Made by a program: the position numbers and the translations under genes. A stretch of DNA of 63,190 nt, the filler included, from Stramenopiles sp. TOSAG23-2 (lineage: Eukaryota), in assembly GCA_900128395.1 (NCBI GenBank). It is 8 parts of 8 records of this genome, joined end to end, with 100 filler letters (N's around TTAATTAATTAA, not from the genome) between each part and the next. Parts side by side here need not be neighbours in the genome. Positions count along the whole stretch, not along the records: positions 56,699 to 58,247 come from LT652697.1; positions 58,348 to 59,895 come from LT652698.1; positions 59,996 to 61,543 come from LT652699.1; positions 61,644 to 63,190 come from LT652700.1; 4 more parts are not named here. One strand, 5' to 3'. Positions 57,015-63,190 of this stretch are shown here, piece by piece. Numbering within the stretch: the stretch's first letter is position 1; each line of letters begins with the position of its first letter. The notes below the pieces were generated by a model, which was not told the DNA's origin, searched no databases, and saw nothing but the letters and a program-made list of their open reading frames with translations.

Positions 57015-58247
57015 TTAACATGATGTACCAAGGTAAAATGGAACCCATCGTCGTAATACGGATAACCATGCTACTTTCGAAGCTTCATCTAATGCTTTTA
57101 AACAATATATTCTCTGCGTGGAGTCATCATCATAATTGCCGTTACTATTATTATTATTAGTAGTAGTAGATGGTCGTAATATGAAATTAAGATCACTAGC
57201 AGATTCTTCAGCTTCAACCGTATAATTCTTTAAAAATATTGGTTCACCACGTTTTGTTGCAGTCCCCATTCTCCGATATTTTTCTTCACTATCATAATAT
57301 TTTAATGTCGCAGCATCTTTTGTTTGTGTTAATACAAAATAACGTTTTTTAAATTTTTTATTGCCAAACATTCCAGCGCCACTTCCTTTTTTAAATAAGA
57401 TGCCAGCATACGCTGTTGGTGAAAAGCGCGTCATAATATGATCTAAACATTGCGTACTAGCTTTGAAGTCTTCAAATTCAGCATCATTTTCATCGATTGG
57501 ACAACATGGTATTGCTTTTTGCGCTTTGTATACAGAACCGCTCTTTCTTTGATATTTACTTTGTGTGCCATTTATCATGGCATTTGATCCAAAACTTTTG
57601 CGTCTAGAATCCTTTGTATAGAAATCACGCAATGCACTGTGTGTTGATTTTCGCCTTAGAGGCGGTAAATTTCCACTAAGAGATGCCCATCCATGTAACT
57701 TTTGCCCCATAGTTGAATGTAAATTTCCATATGGATCATCATCAAGCTTTTGATAGTATTGATTTATTCTATTTACACGAACAAAACCTGATATAATTGA
57801 ATTGTTGCCTTCATTTTTTTGTTTACTTCCTTTCTTATTGATTTGCAAAGAGAATCGTGAATTATAATCATTTTCATCTCGACTAGCTGCGATACAATTA
57901 GCTAATGGGAAAGTACAATATCCAATCTTATCATGTGAACCAACTTTATCCCAATCATAACCAACAAATATCAAATGACAACGCATCAAGTCTTCAATTT
58001 TTGATAATCTTGTCGTAAACATAAAGGTTTCAGTAGCCCATGTTGGGTTTAATGTATTCTTGCAAGTTGGTGTGGTGATAAATGTTTTACTAGCACCACC
58101 AGTAACCATTTTTTTAGACGATTTAGATAGCCTATTTGACTTTGTTTTCTGATTGCTTTCAGAATTGACATTATTATTATTATTATTATTATTATCATAA
58201 TCATCATCTTCTACATGACCAACCGTATCTACGGAATTGCCAGGACT
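57015..58247 (-). CDS. C2-domain plus PH-domain protein (5'-partial)
   Basis: KNTLNPTW, YDWDKVGSHDKIG (C2); GILFKKG...FKKRYFVL...LKYY...AWLSVL (PH); frame stays open to the contig end at 58247. Confidence 0.85.
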   Translation of the reverse strand, partial: SPGNSVDTVGHVEDDDYDNNNNNNNNVNSESNQKTKSNRLSKSSKKMVTGGASKTFITTPTCKNTLNPTWATETFMFTTRLSKIEDLMRCHLIFVGYDWDKVGSHDKIGYCTFPLANCIAASRDENDYNSRFSLQINKKGSKQKNEGNNSIISGFVRVNRINQYYQKLDDDPYGNLHSTMGQKLHGWASLSGNLPPLRRKSTHSALRDFYTKDSRRKSFGSNAMINGTQSKYQRKSGSVYKAQKAIPCCPIDENDAEFEDFKASTQCLDHIMTRFSPTAYAGILFKKGSGAGMFGNKKFKKRYFVLTQTKDAATLKYYDSEEKYRRMGTATKRGEPIFLKNYTVEAEESASDLNFILRPSTTTNNNNSNGNYDDDSTQRIYCLKALDEASKVAWLSVLRRWVPFYLGTSC

Positions 58248-58347
58248 NNNNNNNNNNNNNNNNNNNNNNNNNNNNNNNNNNNNNNNNNNNNTTAATTAAT
58301 TAANNNNNNNNNNNNNNNNNNNNNNNNNNNNNNNNNNNNNNNNNNNN

Positions 58348-58388
58348 GTTGGTTTTACTTTTGCAGGTGTCGAGTTTCCCGATCCCAT
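58348..58388 (-). CDS. Probable first codons of a gene (MGSGNSTPAKVKP; myristoylation-type start), truncated by contig end
   Basis: ATG at 58388 after an A-rich leader; MGxxxS pattern. Confidence 0.35.
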
Positions 58389-59184
58389 AGTTGGTTTATT
58401 ATGATATTGTTTTGTTTATGTTTAATGTATATTGGAATGTAAAATGGTTCTTGTTTTTATTGTATGTATTGAGAACATTTATATTTACTGTATATCGATA
58501 TTCCCGTTCGTTTCATTCAGTTTTACTTGTAACTTCTTTTGCTATAATACCTCCTGGTGGTATAGAAGAAGATCCAAATCTCCCCTCACTTTTTCTTTAA
58601 TTTCATATTCTAATTGCTACGTAAATCTATCATGTATATATATCTAATACATTTTATATAATGATACAAGATGCATTTACATTGTCTATTTCGATGTTAA
58701 TATTCTTTATAGATGCCTTAACAAATATATGTTCTCATATTAGTACATTGCTTTATTTCCATGCTGTACGTTAATATATGTGTATAAGTTATTTTTATAC
58801 TAAGGATATGTGAAAAACACTGTGAGCTGGTGTGTAAATAGTAAAACCCTATCATTAACACCATCTCGCCCCCTATTTTATCAATAATTTTTGGACAGTT
58901 TCTTTGTTTCATTTTCAATCTGCATTTTGTACACATTTTCTTCAGAGAAAACATATATATTGAAAATAGATTTTGTAAAATTTCAAAAATATTTTATATG
59001 TACATCGATGTCTTTGTAAAAAGAAATTGAATAATTGAATTATAGTATTGTACGGATTAATGTTTGTATAACTTTCATTTTCTTTTTATTTTGTTACATT
59101 TTGTAAATTTAAAATCATTAAGTAGATTATATAGTGCATTCTAACGAAAGAAAAAAGGTATAAAAAACGTTAAAAAAAAAAGTC

Positions 59185-59320
59185 ATGAAAGTAAATGTAT
59201 ATATATTGATGGTCTTGGTGCCATTCTTTTTCCTATTGTCAGATATTGCTTTGTCAGTTAGATGCGGCGATGGTATATGCCATACAGATGCAGGTGAATC
59301 GTGGGAAACATGTTCACATG
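59185..59320 (+). CDS. Possible first exon of a small secreted Cys-rich protein
   Basis: Signal-peptide-like MKVNVYILMVLVPFFFLL then CGDGIC..E..TC; followed by donor-like gtaggt at 59321; downstream exon not resolved. Confidence 0.4.
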
Positions 59321-59578
59321 GTAGGTATAATCAGTTCATCTCTCTCTATATGAAATATACAATCACGTATGTAAGTTGAAACGATCATTACCAATGTTAC
59401 TTACATCTTTATCATTCACATCTTTTGTTACTGCTAATATATGATGGTGGATTTTGTACTGAACAAGATATAGTTCTGTGCTGTGTAGCTTCTGTTTCAT
59501 GCAATGGTAGCCTATCATGATTTCTTCCCCTATATATATATTTACATAATTTGGAAAATTTACACTAGCCGTGTCATT

Positions 59579-59880
59579 ATGCTATTTACCTGTTAGCCTG
59601 TTAGGTGATATCTCCCTACTATAATATAATGTCAAAAATTTATTCTACATTTTCAGTGCTATTTACCTGTTAGGTTAATATCTTTTCAATGTATAGTGCT
59701 ATTTACCTGTTAGGTAGTGATATCTCCATACTAATATCTTATATACAATCTCAAAATTCTGTTTCTGTTTGCTGTTATGTACTATGATTAATGATTAATG
59801 ATATCTCCCTACTAATATAATCCAAAATTATAAGGCTGTGTATAAGATCTCAAAGATATATAGTGCTGTGTACCTGTTAA
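59579..59880 (+). repeat. Degenerate tandem repeat (gtgctatttacctgttag / gatatctccctacta units)
   Basis: Four tgct[a/g]t[t/g]tacctgtta copies and three gatatctcc.tacta copies in about 300 nt. Confidence 0.7.
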
Positions 59881-60327
59881 TCCTAAAAAAATCTCNNNNN
59901 NNNNNNNNNNNNNNNNNNNNNNNNNNNNNNNNNNNNNNNTTAATTAATTAANNNNNNNNNNNNNNNNNNNNNNNNNNNNNNNNNNNNNNNNNNNNTAGAC
60001 AAATAATACCTAAAATACGATTCCACTTTTCCAGCCTCAGCCAATAGCAATAATATTGTGCAATAGACGTACAGACGACTATATCCTTAAGCACATATTA
60101 TGCTCCTCTAAAAAAAAAACGTTATTTTTATTTCTTTTTCTTTAAAATGTATTATATATTGATGTTGATGATCACCCATCTGTTAATACATGAGAAATCA
60201 ACTTTACATCTAATTCTTATAAACACGTACGTATAATAATACATTGTAGATACATATAATTGAATAGAAGAAAAGATCTTTTTAATTAATACGATTTTTT
60301 TGGTAATTTATTTCAACCTATCATATT

Positions 60328-61543
60328 ATGAAACGAGCAGCTGATACTTCATCGTCTCTCAACAATAGTCATAATAAAAAAAAACGAGTGTACAGCCCTG
60401 CGCCAACAGGACAAACAATTGAAAGGCCAATCCCACCATCAATTCGAAATATTACATCGAAGCATTCAAATATTGTTAATCGACTATTCAATCGACAAAC
60501 TTCGCAAACAAAAAAAAGAAATTTTCAAGAAAATGAATTAACTTTTGCTGCTTTTTCTTCGTCAATAACTACCAGAAAGAATTATAAAAGCAAACATAAA
60601 ATTATTGGTGAGCTAGATACACATGATCCTAGGGCACTAGCAAAGCAAAAGCTCTCCTTTTTAATGCACCGTTCCCCTATTGTTGAAATTATTTCATCGA
60701 ATAACATAATATTTACATTGACGCAAAGTGGAATATGTATAGCATTTGATCGTTTTACCATGAAACGTATATGTTTTTTAAATGTTAGTGCAGACGAAGT
60801 TGTACGTTCATTGTTTTATAATAAAACGAATCAATCCATAATAACAGTTTCTGTCTATCGAAGTGACCAGTATAGCTCCTTGAGATGTCGCACAACGCCA
60901 ATTGAATATATTAAACGCAATACACCAAAAAACGGATTTAATCTATTTGAAAATGAACCATTAAAATGGCCTGGCTTTGTTGAATTTGATGATGTTAATG
61001 GTAAAGTTATGACATATTCAGCTGAAACAAAATTATATAAGGTATGGGATTTGAAAAATTATGATCTTTTATATGAAATATTAAATAATAGTATACAAGA
61101 AATCAAAATATCACCGGGCATCATGTTAATCATACAAGAAATCCATGTTGAAAATAGGAATGACAACGATGATCAAAATACGGATGTTATTAGAAGCAGC
61201 AACAACAGTGAAAACAAAGATATAAACATTAATGATATAAGCAATAATGACATGTTGCGCATTACTAATAATAGTAATATTAATAATAACAATATGAATG
61301 ACAATAATCATCCGGTACAGCAACAACGATCTTGCTATTTACCATTTAAACTGATTAATGTAAAAAATGGTAAAATTATTAAAGATTTTCGCTTGTTATT
61401 AAAACCAAATAAAAAATTAGAATTAGTTGAACAATTTGATGAGAAAATATTGGTTAAACAAGAACATGAAAAACTAATTATGTATGATGTACGAAATGAT
61501 ACACAGATTATGGTTGACTTCCGAACACCTTCTGCCTTTACAC
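60328..61543 (+). CDS. Conserved uncharacterised beta-propeller-like protein (3'-partial)
   Basis: RICFLNVSADEVVRSLFYNK, ITVSVY, SSLRCR, LKWPGFVEFDDVNGKV resemble a conserved plant/protist family recalled from memory; truncated at the linker. Confidence 0.7.
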
Positions 61544-61643
61544 NNNNNNNNNNNNNNNNNNNNNNNNNNNNNNNNNNNNNNNNNNNNTTAATTAATTAAN
61601 NNNNNNNNNNNNNNNNNNNNNNNNNNNNNNNNNNNNNNNNNNN

Positions 61644-62672
61644 ATGTTAAGTCCGCGTACGAAAAAATTAGCATTAGCGCATGGTATGAAAGTGAAGACT
61701 AAAACGCCGCGATATAAAGCTTCCGATATGGATCAAAATTTTGCAGCAACGATTGTTCAATGTGCATATCGATGTTATAGATCACGAAAAATATCAATTG
61801 CACACGCGCAACAAGTGTATCAAAAAGGATATGATCCAGAAGCTGATTGTTTCTTCTATTTTAATACTCGAACAAATAGTAGCCAATGGCACAAGCCTTC
61901 ATTTTTACATTCTGCAGATGTAGATTTAACACCAAGATCGTTTATTGGTGCAAGAAGAGCTGGACATGTTGTTACACGTCAACGTAAATCTAGACATAAA
62001 GCGGAAAATTTAACAAAAGATCAAGCACAGACTATTATTGCATCGTGGTGGCGTGGGCATATGGGAAGGACAAATGTCATATCACATATTTCATCCTTGA
62101 TATATAAAGGTTATGATTTGGAATCAGGTAGCTTTTATTGGCATAATTTGAAAACAGGTGAAAGTAGATGGACACGGCCTTGGTTTTTACATCATCTACC
62201 GTTGGATCAAGGTAGTTTGCCATTGACAGCACGTACAGCTATGCATGCATTGCAAGGTAAAATGAGTAGATTATCAAAACGTAAAGTTAGAAAGAAAGCA
62301 CATGAAATGACAAGGTACGAAGCTGCATTTAAAATTCAAGGAATGTATAAAGCATGGAAAGCACGTAAAGTGATGATTCAAATGGTTCAATCAATGTATG
62401 AAAAATTATATGATGCAGAACGAGGTGCATATTATTATCATAATAAATTGAGTGGTGCTTCAAGTTGGTATAAACCTGCAATATTAGGCAAAAAAGATTT
62501 ACGACGATCCTTTATACATACTGGAAGTTTAACTGCAAAAGAAGCTGGTATTAAAGCAGCAAGAGCTGCACGTTTAAATGGATATACATTGGGGGAGCAA
62601 ATGTTAAATATGATGGATGATGAAGCTGTTGAAGAATATAAAAATGGTACAGCAACATCATTGTATGAGTAA
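61644..62672 (+). CDS. IQ-WW repeat protein (probably 5'-partial)
   Basis: Three IQ-like motifs (IVQCAYRCYRSRK, IIASWWRGHMGR, KIQGMYKAWKARK), each followed by a WW-like unit (FFYFNTRT..SQWHKP, FYWHNLKTGESRWTRP, YYYHNKLSG.SSWYKP). Confidence 0.85.
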   Translation: MLSPRTKKLALAHGMKVKTKTPRYKASDMDQNFAATIVQCAYRCYRSRKISIAHAQQVYQKGYDPEADCFFYFNTRTNSSQWHKPSFLHSADVDLTPRSFIGARRAGHVVTRQRKSRHKAENLTKDQAQTIIASWWRGHMGRTNVISHISSLIYKGYDLESGSFYWHNLKTGESRWTRPWFLHHLPLDQGSLPLTARTAMHALQGKMSRLSKRKVRKKAHEMTRYEAAFKIQGMYKAWKARKVMIQMVQSMYEKLYDAERGAYYYHNKLSGASSWYKPAILGKKDLRRSFIHTGSLTAKEAGIKAARAARLNGYTLGEQMLNMMDDEAVEEYKNGTATSLYE

Positions 62673-63149
62673 ATATATTATATATATACATATAACTTTC
62701 TCACATCAAAAACATGTAAATATGAAATGAATTTGTAATTCAGTTTTGTTATTATTTTGAGAGAGAGAGAGGTATGAGGAGGGTATGTGTGTTTATTTTT
62801 AAATAATTTTTTTAACATGAACATGACAACATTTATTTTTTTTACAAAATACAATACCAAAGTAATTGTGATATTTTACCCTCTTTGATTCCGCCTTCTC
62901 GAAATATTACTGTATAGCATGCAAATAGCAGGCCGTTATCCTTCATTTCAGCCCAAAAATATCATCTCAATATTACCTCACCACAAATCGAATAAATCTA
63001 AATCACATAACACTATATACAGGTAAGATATATAATTAATTTAAAGAAGTAGAGATCATCGAATGTATATAGATAAGTATAGAGCAATATAAACAAAGTA
63101 AACAAACAAGAACACCAATACTGATATATACAAATATAAATATACAACC

Positions 63150-63190
63150 ATGGGCACTTGTTTCACATGTTGCGTGAAAGATGCATCGCA
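63150..63190 (+). CDS. Probable gene start MGTCFTCCVKDAS (myristoylation/palmitoylation-type), truncated at window end
   Basis: ATG in acaaccATGG context after an A-rich leader; MGxCxxCC. Confidence 0.4.
   Translation, partial: MGTCFTCCVKDAS

Noticed and set aside
58248-58388. MGSGNS start as the N-terminus of the C2-PH gene
   Set aside because: Separated by an artificial linker between length-sorted contigs; no evidence of linkage.
26606-61643. Recurring TTAATTAATTAA, with about 1650-nt periodicity after 53 kb
   Set aside because: Six-frame-stop linker inside N runs joining length-sorted contigs; not biological, and adjacency across linkers is meaningless.

Overview
AT-rich, intron-poor eukaryotic nuclear DNA from a probably flagellated protist (stramenopile-like; taxon is inference). 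The window is not one locus. It is eight length-sorted contigs (26605, 26591, then six of about 1550 nt) joined by artificial 100-nt N-TTAATTAATTAA-N linkers. It carries about 25 protein genes, including class I HDAC, PTGES2-like GST, NEMF, a U1-C-like/WW protein, two ABCC transporters, a TilS-like fusion, HUS1, GID8, an alpha-kinase, ATG8, RPN7, SLC41 and a GPALPP1-like protein. Two things stand out. (1) A GC-richer island of about 2.1 kb (47.2-49.4 kb) holds an intact, intronless XerC/D-type tyrosine recombinase. It is bracketed by two extensively base-paired + strand regions, and also contains palindromic tandem repeats, paired near-palindromic sites and iteron-like repeats. It is a candidate undescribed eukaryotic mobile element. 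(2) Three sequence-related 67-87-nt spliceosomal introns sit at non-homologous positions of two ABCC genes, a candidate Introner family. MITE-like repeats and several short exact tandem duplications that look like assembly artefacts are also present. All structure and family calls were made by eye, without searches or folding software.
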